Assembly: GCA_963803925.1 (NCBI GenBank)
Contig: CAWDOM010000011.1
Coordinates: 49,949-113,948, forward strand
Direction of reading: 5' to 3'
Source: an uncultured Actinomycetota bacterium
GTDB lineage: Bacteria; Actinomycetota; Thermoleophilia; RBG-16-64-13
DNA length: 64,000 bases
Shown here piece after piece: positions 46,517 through 54,917 of this stretch. Position numbers and translations under genes: made by a program. Every line of letters begins with the position of its first letter. Positions within the stretch are counted from its first letter, which is position 1. The notes beneath the pieces were generated by a model that worked only from the letters and a program-made list of their open reading frames with translations, was not told the origin of the DNA and did not search any database.

Positions 46517-47107
46517 ATGAGCCAATACGGACAAGTTCAAGTCAAGGACGGCCGCTATAAGTTCCGCGGCGACTTCCACCGTCTCGAGCAGCACATGCCC
46601 ATCCGCGACGCCGACGCTGACTGGAAGCTGGTCGGAGTCACCAAGCCGCGCGACATGACCTACGTGCATACGTACGGCGCCGAGGCCCCCTTCTTCGAGT
46701 CGCTGTCGCAGGGCAAGCTGCTCGCCACCAAGTGCGAGAACCCCGACTGCGAGGCCAACGGCTCCATCTTCCAGCCGTTCCGCATCTTCTGCCCCGACTG
46801 TCTGGGCACCAACACGGTCATCGACATGACCGACCTCGCCAAGAAGACGGCGACCGTGCACACCTTCATGGTCTGCATGCGTTCGGGCGCCTTCAACATG
46901 CTCGACAAGCCCATCCGCTTCATCAACATCGAGTTCAAGGGCGTCTCAACGATCCTCTTCAGCTACCTGCTGCTCGGCGAGCCGCAGATCGGCATGAAGG
47001 TGGTGCCGGTGTTCAAGCGCGCCAACCCCACCTACACCATCCTGGACCTGTCCTGGGTGCCGGCGGGCACGGCGGCCGACGCGCTGCCGGAAGGGTTCTA
47101 TTTCTAG
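46517..47107 (+). CDS. DUF35 (Zn-ribbon plus OB-fold) protein, partner of the preceding thiolase-like protein
   Basis: KCENPDCEANGSIFQPFRIFCPDC followed by an OB-like C-terminus (TVHTFMVC...FINIEFKGVSTILFSYLL). Confidence 0.7.
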   Translation: MSQYGQVQVKDGRYKFRGDFHRLEQHMPIRDADADWKLVGVTKPRDMTYVHTYGAEAPFFESLSQGKLLATKCENPDCEANGSIFQPFRIFCPDCLGTNTVIDMTDLAKKTATVHTFMVCMRSGAFNMLDKPIRFINIEFKGVSTILFSYLLLGEPQIGMKVVPVFKRANPTYTILDLSWVPAGTAADALPEGFYF

Positions 47108-47156
47108 AGGTTAGCGACGCCCGCTTCGACGGGCCGACACGAAAGCCACAGATGAC

Positions 47157-47183
47157 GGGGTCCGGCGCGAAGCGCCGGACCCC
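47157..47183 (+). terminator. Perfect 12-bp GC-rich hairpin (GGGGTCCGGCGC-GAA-GCGCCGGACCCC) downstream of the DUF35 gene
   Basis: Read directly. It is followed by gatgctt, so there is only a weak U-tract. Confidence 0.55.
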
Positions 47184-47204
47184 GATGCTTGCATGAACGA
47201 GATA

Positions 47205-47250
47205 TTGACGCGTAAACGTACGTAAGTTACGATTTGTACGTAAACACGTA
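47205..47250 (+). promoter_or_regulatory. Promoter TTGACG-17-TACGAT overlapped by repeated GTACGTAA / CGTAAAC operator-like motifs, upstream of the antitoxin-toxin pair
   Basis: GTACGTAA at 47218..47225 and 47236..47243. CGTAAAC at 47211..47217 and 47239..47245. The palindromic core is ACGTACGT. Confidence 0.5.
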
Positions 47251-47276
47251 GGCTGCAGCACATGAGGGGGCGTTTC

Positions 47277-47531
47277 ATGACCAGTATGCCGATTACCGCC
47301 GCGCGCGACGACCTGTCAGAGGTCGTCAATCGTGTTGCCTACAGCAAAGAACGCATCTGCCTGACACGTCACGGCAAAGACGTGGCTTGCGTGGTCTCGG
47401 TTGAAGAAGCGAAACTGCTCGACCTCCTCGAGGACAGGCTTGATCTCTCTGACGCCCTAGAGGCTCTCAAAGAAATGCGAGAGCAGGGCTCTGTCTCGTG
47501 GGATGATCTCAGGGCCGACCTTGGCGTGTAG
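47277..47531 (+). CDS. Phd/YefM-family type II antitoxin (an alternative upstream ATG exists at 47262)
   Basis: MTSMPITAARDDLSEVVNRVAYSKERICLTRHGKDVACVVSVEE. GAGGGGG RBS 6 nt before the ATG at 47277. Confidence 0.8.
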   Translation: MTSMPITAARDDLSEVVNRVAYSKERICLTRHGKDVACVVSVEEAKLLDLLEDRLDLSDALEALKEMREQGSVSWDDLRADLGV

Positions 47532-47540
47532 CGCGCGTCC

Positions 47541-47846
47541 ATGGCTCATCGCATCGAGGTCAGCCCCGCGGCGGCGCGGCAACTGAAGAGGATCGATCGA
47601 CGCGTTCTACCCCAGATTGCGGCGAAGATTGACTCGCTGGCCAACGAGCCCAGACCGCACGGTTGCGAGAAACTGAGTGGGTATGACGACCTGTATCGAG
47701 TGAGAGTTGGAGACCACCGAATCGTGTATGGGGTGGAAGACCAGTTCGTGCTAGTCGTCGTTCTCAAGGTGGGGAATCGGGCCGATGTCTATCAGCGCAT
47801 ACGCGACAGCGATCTCGACTTCTTACGAAGGTTGGTGGGCATGTAG
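47541..47846 (+). CDS. RelE/ParE-family type II toxin
   Basis: IEVSPAAARQLKRIDRRVLPQIAAKIDSLANEPRPHGCEKLSGYDDLYRVRVGDHRIVYGVEDQFVLVVVLKVGNR, beginning 9 nt after the antitoxin stop. Confidence 0.8.
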   Translation: MAHRIEVSPAAARQLKRIDRRVLPQIAAKIDSLANEPRPHGCEKLSGYDDLYRVRVGDHRIVYGVEDQFVLVVVLKVGNRADVYQRIRDSDLDFLRRLVGM

Positions 47847-47939
47847 TTGGCACAAGGGGGAGTCGCGGCAGCCCGATCACTTGGGGCCGTCGTCCTTGGT
47901 ATCTTGGAGTCAGTCGAGACTCGCCGAAAGGAAGGGTCT

Positions 47940-48920
47940 ATGTTGAGGAACTATGAGGTGCTGAGCGGTGACGTCAATTTGCTGGGCGTCGTCAAAGCCA
48001 AGAAGGTCATCGGTCGCTACCTGAACCGTACCAATCTGACCTACTACTCGGAGTTGTCGCGTCTGATTGGCTGCGAGGCCTACGTCAAGCACGAGAACCA
48101 CAATCCCACCGGATCGTTCAAGATCCGCGGGGCGCTCAACTTCTTCCACCACATGTCCAAGGAAGAACTCGAGGCCGGCGTGCTGGTGGCGACCCGGGGC
48201 AATCACGGCTTGGCCATGGCCTGGGCGGCCCGTTGGTTCAACGTACCCTGCACGGTCGTTGTGCCTGAGGGCAACAATCCCGAGATCAACCGCATCGTGG
48301 AGAGCTTCGGCGCCGATCTCATCGTGCACGGCAGCGACTTCTACGACGCCCAGTCGTACTGCGACGAGCTGGTCGACAGCGCCGGCTACTACTACGTGGA
48401 GCAGGGCAACGAGCCCGAGATCCTCAATGGCCTAGGCACCATGGGCCTCGAGATCTTCGAGGACCTTCCGGACGTCGACGTGATCATCGTTCCCATCGGC
48501 GGAGGTTCGGGGTGTGCCTCGCTGCTGAAGGTGGCTCAGGCGGTCAATCCCAAGGTGGAGATCATCGGCGTGCAGCCTGAGCGCGCGGCGGCCTTCTACG
48601 ACTCCTGGAAGAAAGGCGAGTGGACCACCATCGAGACAGCTCAGACGGTGGCCGACGGTTTGGCGGCGCGCAGTGTGTTCCAACTGCCCTACGCCATCAT
48701 GAAAGACCGCATCAGCGACGTGGTGCTGCTGACCGAAGACGAGATCCTCGGCGGCATCCGTCTGGCGCTGCAGTCCACGCATAACCTGGCCGAGGGGGCG
48801 GGCGCCGCGAGCATCGCCGGCGCGGTCAAGATCAGCGACCGGCTGGCCGGCAAGAAGGTGGCGCTGATCATGTCGGGCGGCAACCTGGATCACGCGCACT
48901 TGGTGCAGGCTTTGGCCTAG
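47940..48920 (+). CDS. PLP-dependent threonine ammonia-lyase / serine-threonine dehydratase family protein (short form)
   Basis: HENHNPTGSFKIRGALN (PLP lysine motif), VATRGNHGLAMAWAA, IVPIGGGSGCAS. ATG at 47940 after GGAAGGG. Confidence 0.8.
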   Translation: MLRNYEVLSGDVNLLGVVKAKKVIGRYLNRTNLTYYSELSRLIGCEAYVKHENHNPTGSFKIRGALNFFHHMSKEELEAGVLVATRGNHGLAMAWAARWFNVPCTVVVPEGNNPEINRIVESFGADLIVHGSDFYDAQSYCDELVDSAGYYYVEQGNEPEILNGLGTMGLEIFEDLPDVDVIIVPIGGGSGCASLLKVAQAVNPKVEIIGVQPERAAAFYDSWKKGEWTTIETAQTVADGLAARSVFQLPYAIMKDRISDVVLLTEDEILGGIRLALQSTHNLAEGAGAASIAGAVKISDRLAGKKVALIMSGGNLDHAHLVQALA

Positions 48921-49071
48921 CGGCCGGCAGGATCTGGACATCGGCAAAGCCAGCAAGCCCGGCAAGAACCCGAAGACGGCGTCTGTCACAGCGGGCGCCT
49001 TGGACGCGGCCGCACCGACCGGCCGCGCCGCGCTTACCAAAGCCGCGCCCTCACAGCTCGGCTCCGCGCCG

Positions 49072-50541
49072 ATGATCGTCCCCGACGGCTATGTCGAGGT
49101 GCAACGTCTGATCGAGGCGGGCTCTCCGCTGGTGTTCGTCTCGGGCAACGCCGGCACCGGCAAGACCACCCTCATCCGCTACCTGAGGGAGAACCTCGAC
49201 CTGCGGAGCGTCGTGCTGGCCCCGACCGGCGTGGCGGCGCTGAATGCCGGCGGCGCTACCATCCACTCGTTCTTCCGCTTCCCTCCCCGCATCCAAGATC
49301 TGCGCGACATCCGCGTGCCGGCCGACGCCCGGCTCTACCAGAGGCTGGAGTTGCTCATCATCGACGAAGTCTCCATGGTTCGGGCCGACATCCTCGACAG
49401 CATCGACGTGTTCCTCCGCGAGTGTCAGGGGTGCTCCCGGGCGTTCGGCGGCGTGCAGCTCGTGCTGCTGGGGGACATGTTCCAGCTGCCTCCTGTGGTC
49501 TCGAGCGCCGAACGCGACATTTTCGCCACCCGCGGCTACGCGAGCCCCTACTTCTTCAGCGCGCAGTCGCTGCAGGACGTTCCCCTGGCGCACGTCGAGC
49601 TGGACGAGGTGTTCCGGCAGACCGACCGGGAGTTCATCTCGCTACTCAACCGGCTGCGCGTTGGCGACGGCACCGCGGCGGCAGTGGAAGAGATCAACCG
49701 CCATTGTTTGCGAGAAAGCAGGCCGCTGGGAGACGACGTTTCGCCGCGAGGGCGCGACTGGCACGCGCAAGACAAGGACGCAAAGAGCGTGAATACCAGC
49801 GCTATTGACGCGACTGAGGACGCCGTATCGCGCCGCCTAGCGCGTTCTCGCGGCCGGGACCTCGTTTCTCAGCAGCCTCCTAGCTCCGACCACGAGATCA
49901 CCCTCACCTGCACGAACAAGGTCGCGGACGATCTCAACGAGGCGGCCATGGCCGCTCTCGATGCTGAGGCGGCGGTGTTCGTGGGTGAGTCGGAGGGCAA
50001 GTTCAAGCTCGACGGCGACCGGCTGCCCTCGCCCCTCGAACTGCGCCTCAAGGTGGGCGCGCGGGTGATGTTCACCCGGAACGACGAGTCGGCGCGGTGG
50101 GTCAACGGGACTCTGGGCGAGGTGACCTTCCTCGGCGGCACGCGTGTGGAGGTGACGCTCACCGACGGCAGCGCCCACGACGTGGAGCGCGTCACCTGGC
50201 AGACCTACGAGTACCGGTTGGACCGCGACGCCGACCGCATCGTCGCCGACGAGGTCGGACACTACAAGCAGTTCCCGCTGATGCTGGCCTGGGCGGTCAC
50301 TATCCACAAGAGCCAGGGCAAGACACTCGGCAACGTGCTGGTCGACTTCGGCTCGGGAGCCTTCGCGCCCGGGCAGGCGTACGTGGCGCTCAGCCGCTGC
50401 CGGTCGCTGGAGAGCCTCCGGCTGGCCCGGCCGCTGCGGGCGTCGGACGTGCGGTGCGATATGCGCATACGGCGGTTCTACCAGGTGCTGGCGGCGGCGC
50501 AGGGGCGGTTGAGCGAGGGCGAGGCCGGCGGCGGCTGGTGA
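49072..50541 (+). CDS. Pif1/RecD-like SF1 helicase interrupted in-frame by repeat copy B. The start is uncertain; the ORF opens at the TTG at 49000.
   Basis: Walker A VSGNAGTGKTT, LLIIDEVSMV, LVLLGDMFQLPPV, VTIHKSQGKTL, YVALSRCRSLESLRL. An extra ~50 aa (SPRGRDWHAQDKDAKSVNTSAIDATEDAVSRRLARSRGRDLVSQQPP) lies between the helicase motifs. Confidence 0.8.
   Translation: MIVPDGYVEVQRLIEAGSPLVFVSGNAGTGKTTLIRYLRENLDLRSVVLAPTGVAALNAGGATIHSFFRFPPRIQDLRDIRVPADARLYQRLELLIIDEVSMVRADILDSIDVFLRECQGCSRAFGGVQLVLLGDMFQLPPVVSSAERDIFATRGYASPYFFSAQSLQDVPLAHVELDEVFRQTDREFISLLNRLRVGDGTAAAVEEINRHCLRESRPLGDDVSPRGRDWHAQDKDAKSVNTSAIDATEDAVSRRLARSRGRDLVSQQPPSSDHEITLTCTNKVADDLNEAAMAALDAEAAVFVGESEGKFKLDGDRLPSPLELRLKVGARVMFTRNDESARWVNGTLGEVTFLGGTRVEVTLTDGSAHDVERVTWQTYEYRLDRDADRIVADEVGHYKQFPLMLAWAVTIHKSQGKTLGNVLVDFGSGAFAPGQAYVALSRCRSLESLRLARPLRASDVRCDMRIRRFYQVLAAAQGRLSEGEAGGGW
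49720..49883 (+). mobile_element. Copy B of the ~162-nt MITE-like repeat, located inside the helicase ORF, which stays open through it
   Basis: See copy A. The ends are AGGCCGCTGGGAG (49720..49732) and CTCAGCAGCCT (49868..49878). Confidence 0.7.
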
Positions 50542-50608
50542 GCGGCAGACCTACAGATCGTCCTCCGACAACTCGGCCATCTTCATCAGGTGATGCTGGA
50601 GACTGGGC

Positions 50609-50812
50609 TCATACGGCGATTTCGACGATCCGATCATGCTCTCCCGGGGTGATCGTGGCGACGTCGACCGAAAGGCAGCCCTCGACCGCCTCGTACAAGT
50701 TCTTGAGCAGCTCTTCGAAGGTCTCACCCTGCGTGCAGCAACCGGGGATGGCCGGGACCTCAGCCCAGAACCCGCCCTCTTCCGCCTCGTGGACTACTAT
50801 CTTCAGCTTCAT
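50609..50812 (-). CDS. hicB: HicB-family (UPF0150) antitoxin with no recognisable HicA partner nearby
   Basis: MKLKIVVHEAEEGGFWAEVPAIPGCCTQGETFEELLKNLYEAVEGCL. Confidence 0.75.
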   Translation of the reverse strand: MKLKIVVHEAEEGGFWAEVPAIPGCCTQGETFEELLKNLYEAVEGCLSVDVATITPGEHDRIVEIAV

Positions 50813-50816
50813 GAGT

Positions 50817-50849
50817 CTCCTCTCAGCGGCTTCCTGTCGCTGAGAGGAG
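50817..50849 (-). promoter_or_regulatory. 12-bp hairpin whose 3' arm (CGCTGAGAGGAG) contains the hicB Shine-Dalgarno, 4 nt before the ATG. It may also act as a terminator for the upstream small-subunit gene.
   Basis: Inverted repeat CTCCTCTCAGCG / CGCTGAGAGGAG read directly. Confidence 0.4.
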
Positions 50850-50916
50850 TATACCCCGGCGTATCTGGAGCTACCGCAGAGCCGTCGCGGACAGGGCTCC
50901 GCCCGCTATGTAACCC

Positions 50917-51732
50917 TCAGATCTCGAAATCTCCGGCGTCGACGGAGGCGCCGCGGATCGTCACCTTGGCAAGCTCTTTTCCTTCGGCCTCGAGCGTGTA
51001 TTCGCCGTCCGAGAGCCCGTCGAAGCGGAATTCGCCGAACATGTCGCTTATCAGTTGAGCCGTCGAGTCCGCCCCTTTGAGCGTGACCACCACAGCGGGG
51101 GCGACGTCGCCGCCCTTCAGCACCTGCCCCGCGATGAAGTTCTTCGTGAAGCGGTGCAGGTTCTTGTACCAGACGTGCGGCTTCGCGACTATCTCAGCCT
51201 TGTAAGCGGCAAAGTCCTCCGCCTCTACCCGCTTCGCGAACGCCTCCGGCTCCTCGCGGACGAAGGACATCGCTCCCGTCGGGCAGGTGTGCACGCAGCG
51301 CGGCATGGCGGGCTCCCAGGAGGCGTCGTCCAGAAGGTGCGCGCAGAAATCGCACTTCTGCGAGAGCTGCTCCTCCTCGTTCCACCAGATGGCGCCGTAC
51401 GGGCAGAAGCCAGAGATGTCCTTTCCCCTTCCGCCTTCGAGATCGAAGATCACGATGCCGTCCTCGCGGACGCTCACGAAGTCGCCCCCCTTGGCGCACG
51501 GCGGGTTTTCGCACTGCAGACAGGGCTTCGGCAGAAAGGCCGTGTCGATGCGGTCGTTCTGTCCGCGCTCATGCCGGAGGATATCCATCCAGCGATGGCC
51601 GTGCCTCGGCATGGGCGCCTGGTACGGGGCCCAGTCGTTCTCGGCGTGTTCGTCCTGGCAGGCCAAGAAGCAGTTGTTGCAGTCGTGGCACTTGGCCACG
51701 TCGATGATCATGTAGTTCTGTTTCATCGCCAT
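50917..51732 (-). CDS. Transhydroxylase-like small (beta) subunit, second copy
   Basis: MAMKQNYMIIDVAKCHDCNNCFLACQDEH...CLQCENPPC...CDFCAHLL...CVHTCP plus the C-terminal Ig-like segment FGEFRFDGLSDGEYTLEAEGKE. The ATG overlaps the large-subunit stop (TAATG). Confidence 0.85.
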   Translation of the reverse strand: MAMKQNYMIIDVAKCHDCNNCFLACQDEHAENDWAPYQAPMPRHGHRWMDILRHERGQNDRIDTAFLPKPCLQCENPPCAKGGDFVSVREDGIVIFDLEGGRGKDISGFCPYGAIWWNEEEQLSQKCDFCAHLLDDASWEPAMPRCVHTCPTGAMSFVREEPEAFAKRVEAEDFAAYKAEIVAKPHVWYKNLHRFTKNFIAGQVLKGGDVAPAVVVTLKGADSTAQLISDMFGEFRFDGLSDGEYTLEAEGKELAKVTIRGASVDAGDFEI

Positions 51733-54365
51733 TACCTTCCGTTCCACTTCTCGACCTGCACCAGGCAATGCTCGGTGGTCATGCCGGTGGCGTACTTCGA
51801 CAGCGTGCGTGACGGCGTCAGAAGGTTGATACAACCGGCGCGGTCGTCCGATTCCCCGGGCGTGCCCAGAGGATCGTACTCGGCGCAACTCTCATAGCAG
51901 TGGCACGTGCCCTTCGGCACCCGCTTCGTGATGCGGCAGCAGAAGATGACCGCGCCGCGCTCGTTGTACGCGCGGATGAGGTCGCCGTCCTTGATGCCGC
52001 GCTCCTCCGCGTCGGCCGCGTTCATGCGGAAGATCCAGTAGTAGTGCCCGTCGACCACTACGCGATGGTCCTTGACGTCGTTGAGGAACGAATCCTTCGC
52101 GTCGCCCATGGTGTGGAACGAGAAGCGAGGATGCGGCGAGACCACGGCGAGGGGATAGTCCTTGAACCTCTCCGTGTGGTGCCCTTCCCACGATTCCAGG
52201 TACATGGGCATGAGGGGCCGTTCCGTGTCGTCGGTGTCGTGATGCCCGAAACGCTTCAGGCTGTTCGAGACGAACTCGATCTTGCCCGACTGCGTCTGGA
52301 GACCCTTGCACCCGATCGTCTCGCTCGGCTTGATATGCGAGATCCAACCGCGCGTATCCTGCGGCCGATCCTCGTAGAACCACCGGTAGGGCGGCGCGTC
52401 GGGCGCTTTCTTGTCCACAGGGACGATGAAGTACTTCTTCTCCTTGAACTCGTCCCAGCTCATCTGGGTCGGCATATCGGAGACGTTGTAGATCGCTTCG
52501 CACCAGTCGAGCGTGTCCTTGCCGTCGGAGAACACCTCGCCGAGACCCAACCGCTTACACACCTCCCAGAAGATGTGGTAGTCGCTCATGGACTCGCCCA
52601 GCGGCTTGACGCACTGCTCCTGGAGCACGATGAACCTGTGGTTCGCTTGGTTGTGGCTGTCGGGGTTGTAACCGGAGTTGCTCGCCCACTCGCTGACGTC
52701 CCAACGCTCGAAGTTGGTGCAGGCCGGGAGGATGACGTCGGCGAACTTCGTCTCACCCTCGAACCAGATGGACTGCGAGACCACCATCGGCAGGTTCTTC
52801 GTGCGGTACATCTTCACGTAGCGGTTGGTGGAGCCCATGGTGCCGATCTGCGAACCGCCGTACTTGTAGAGCAGATGCATCTTCGCGTAGCCGTCGGCTG
52901 GGTAGTGGTAGCGATGGAACTGCTGCTCGATGCTGGCGCCCACGAAGCCGCGCCCGCTCCACTCCGTGTAGCCGTCCAAGATGGACTCTGGCAGAAGCAG
53001 ACGGTCCAGATGCGCACCGGCGGCCGTCACGATATTGGTGCCCGTCGGATGGTTGCCCGTGCCGTGCGCGAACAACCGTGGCGCCAACGCGAAAGCCGCT
53101 GCCGAGTTCTCGGGGTCGCCACCGATGCCGCCGTCCGCGTAGCCGGGGAAGTAGAAGTCGCTGTCGACCGGCGCGCCCTCGGTCGTGCAGTAGAGATTGA
53201 CGCCCGGTTTGCCCAGGCCCTGCATGGCGATGAGGGCGATCATCATGCGCGACCAGTCCATGCCGATGGGGCTCCGGCAGCAGCCTCCCCATCCGCCCTT
53301 GCCGCCGGCGGCGAGCATGGTGCGGTGCTTCGCCCACTCGCGGGCGAGCGCGCGGATGTCGTGCGCCTTCAGCTTGCACTCCGCAGCCGCCCAGTCGGGG
53401 GTCTTCGGCACGCCGTCGGTCTCGCCGAGGATGTACTTGGTCCATTCATCGAAGCCATGCGTATGCGTGGCTACGTATTCCTTGTCATACGTACCTTCGG
53501 TGATCCACACATAGGCGATGGCGGCGGCCAGCGCCGCGTCGGTACCCAGCTGCGGGCTGAACCACTTGCCGCCGCAAAGCGCGTTCGTGTGGTTGTAGTG
53601 CGGGTCGATGAAGATGAACTTGATGCCCAGTTCCTGCAGCCACTGCCGGCGCACCGTGCTCTCGAATCCGCCGTAGATGCCGCCGGTCGTCTCAGGGTCG
53701 CTCGACCACCACACGATCATTTCGCAGTTCTGGATGCAGTCGACGAATCCGTCGGTCTGTTCGGCGTTGCCGAGGCGGGCGCTGTGTCCCCACATGTGGA
53801 TCGCGCCCCAGTGCCAGCCGTCCCAGCTGTCGGGGTTGTGGTCGACCATGGACGCCCCGATGGTGTTCATGAAGCGGGGCAACAGGGAATGCCGGTAGTT
53901 CACAAGCGCCCACGTGTGATGCGAGGAGCACTCGATCACTACCGAGCCCGGACCGACCTCGCGCTTGCAGTACGTGATCTCGTCGGCCACCATGTCGAGC
54001 GCTTCGTCCCAAGAGATGCGCTCATACCCGGGATACTGAGGATCTCCGCCGGGCTGCGGCGTGCCCCTCAGCTCCTCGTTGCGCTCGCCCCTCGGGTCGA
54101 AGCCAATCCGCTTGAGCGGGTAGAGCAGCCTCTTGTCGGAGTGGACGTACGACTTGGACGCGGCCGTGATGGGCGTCATCGTCGACTTGCGCGGCGGCGA
54201 GAACGTCCGCCCGTGCGCCTCGATCTTGTATGAGGGGGCGTCCTCGCCGGTCAGGTCGATCGGCGTCACCCGCACGATCTTGTTCTCCTCTTCGTCCACG
54301 TAGACCCAGCACGGCCCGCCGGTAGTCAACTGGGACTTTCTTACGAGCTTCCTGTTATCAGACAT
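51732..54365 (-). CDS. Pyrogallol-phloroglucinol transhydroxylase-like molybdopterin large subunit, paralog 3. This is the copy closest to my memory of the Pelobacter acidigallici enzyme.
   Basis: 877 aa. GGPCWVYVDEENKIVRVTPID, APSYKIEAHGRTFSPPRKS, NPDSWDGWHWGAIHMWG, SQSIWFEGETKFADVILPACTNFERWDVSEW, GESMSDYHIFWEVCKRLG, SPHPRFSFHTMGDAKDS, DRAGCINLLTP. GAGGTGATGGC before the ATG. Confidence 0.9.
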   Translation of the reverse strand: MSDNRKLVRKSQLTTGGPCWVYVDEEENKIVRVTPIDLTGEDAPSYKIEAHGRTFSPPRKSTMTPITAASKSYVHSDKRLLYPLKRIGFDPRGERNEELRGTPQPGGDPQYPGYERISWDEALDMVADEITYCKREVGPGSVVIECSSHHTWALVNYRHSLLPRFMNTIGASMVDHNPDSWDGWHWGAIHMWGHSARLGNAEQTDGFVDCIQNCEMIVWWSSDPETTGGIYGGFESTVRRQWLQELGIKFIFIDPHYNHTNALCGGKWFSPQLGTDAALAAAIAYVWITEGTYDKEYVATHTHGFDEWTKYILGETDGVPKTPDWAAAECKLKAHDIRALAREWAKHRTMLAAGGKGGWGGCCRSPIGMDWSRMMIALIAMQGLGKPGVNLYCTTEGAPVDSDFYFPGYADGGIGGDPENSAAAFALAPRLFAHGTGNHPTGTNIVTAAGAHLDRLLLPESILDGYTEWSGRGFVGASIEQQFHRYHYPADGYAKMHLLYKYGGSQIGTMGSTNRYVKMYRTKNLPMVVSQSIWFEGETKFADVILPACTNFERWDVSEWASNSGYNPDSHNQANHRFIVLQEQCVKPLGESMSDYHIFWEVCKRLGLGEVFSDGKDTLDWCEAIYNVSDMPTQMSWDEFKEKKYFIVPVDKKAPDAPPYRWFYEDRPQDTRGWISHIKPSETIGCKGLQTQSGKIEFVSNSLKRFGHHDTDDTERPLMPMYLESWEGHHTERFKDYPLAVVSPHPRFSFHTMGDAKDSFLNDVKDHRVVVDGHYYWIFRMNAADAEERGIKDGDLIRAYNERGAVIFCCRITKRVPKGTCHCYESCAEYDPLGTPGESDDRAGCINLLTPSRTLSKYATGMTTEHCLVQVEKWNGR

Positions 54366-54418
54366 GCCATCACCTCATGGATCTCACAACCAACCACTGA
54401 CTCGAGTAGATCAGTCGC

Positions 54419-54446
54419 ATACTAGCGGTCGGTCGCCAGTATACAA
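54419..54446 (-). promoter_or_regulatory. Candidate promoter TTGTAT-16-TAGTAT (minus strand), ~50 nt upstream of the transhydroxylase-like operon
   Basis: Read directly on the reverse complement. It contains a GTATAC core, as the MarR operators do, but otherwise matches them poorly. Confidence 0.35.
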
Positions 54447-54480
54447 GAACGGATGAAAGCGGCATCTTCGCTCCACCCGG

Positions 54481-54915
54481 TTAGAAGAAGGCCTCGCACT
54501 CCATTCCCAGCGCGACGGCTGCCTGGGCCATCACCCGGTCGGCGGTGGCCAGGGTCGAGATGCCTGCCGCCCGCATCGTGCCGAGATGCAGGGCGTCAAG
54601 AGTGCGGAGCGCGATCTCCGGGTGAGAACCGAGTAGCGACTCCGCTATCAGAAACGATTCAACGGTGTGGGGGAGTAGCACAAGGTGGCCCCCGGCCAAG
54701 TCACCTTCGAATGTCGCGATCACCTTGCCCTGCGTCACGACGTCGCTATGGCCCTCTCTGGCCCGCCGCGCCGCAAGCGACTTCATCTCGACCTTCGTGA
54801 GGAGGCTGATATAGACGGGATGGACGGACCTCACGTAGTCCTCAACATCCTGGGATCGCGATTCGTTCACATACCACTTGGCCAGAGCGCTGGTGTCGAA
54901 GTAGGCGCCCGGCAC
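54481..54915 (-). CDS. vapC: PIN-domain toxin (VapC family)
   Basis: MPGAYFDTSALAKWYVNE...LDALHLGTMRAAG...LATADRVMAQAA. Acidic PIN residues are at typical positions. Confidence 0.8.
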   Translation of the reverse strand: MPGAYFDTSALAKWYVNESRSQDVEDYVRSVHPVYISLLTKVEMKSLAARRAREGHSDVVTQGKVIATFEGDLAGGHLVLLPHTVESFLIAESLLGSHPEIALRTLDALHLGTMRAAGISTLATADRVMAQAAVALGMECEAFF

Positions 54916-54917
54916 GG

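Noticed and set aside
50545-50916. HicA toxin partner for hicB
   Set aside because: The flanks contain only very short ORFs (for example an 11-codon MKMAELSEDDL) with no HicA-like sequence.
51900-54233. 777-aa plus-strand ORF
   Set aside because: Antisense shadow of the transhydroxylase-like large subunit 51732..54365, with low-complexity Arg/Val/Ala-rich translation.
54419-54446. Third MarR operator upstream of the 51732..54365 operon
   Set aside because: It shares only the GTATAC core, matching 8/14 positions of TCGTATACGAAGTC. That is too weak to call, so it is listed only as a candidate promoter.
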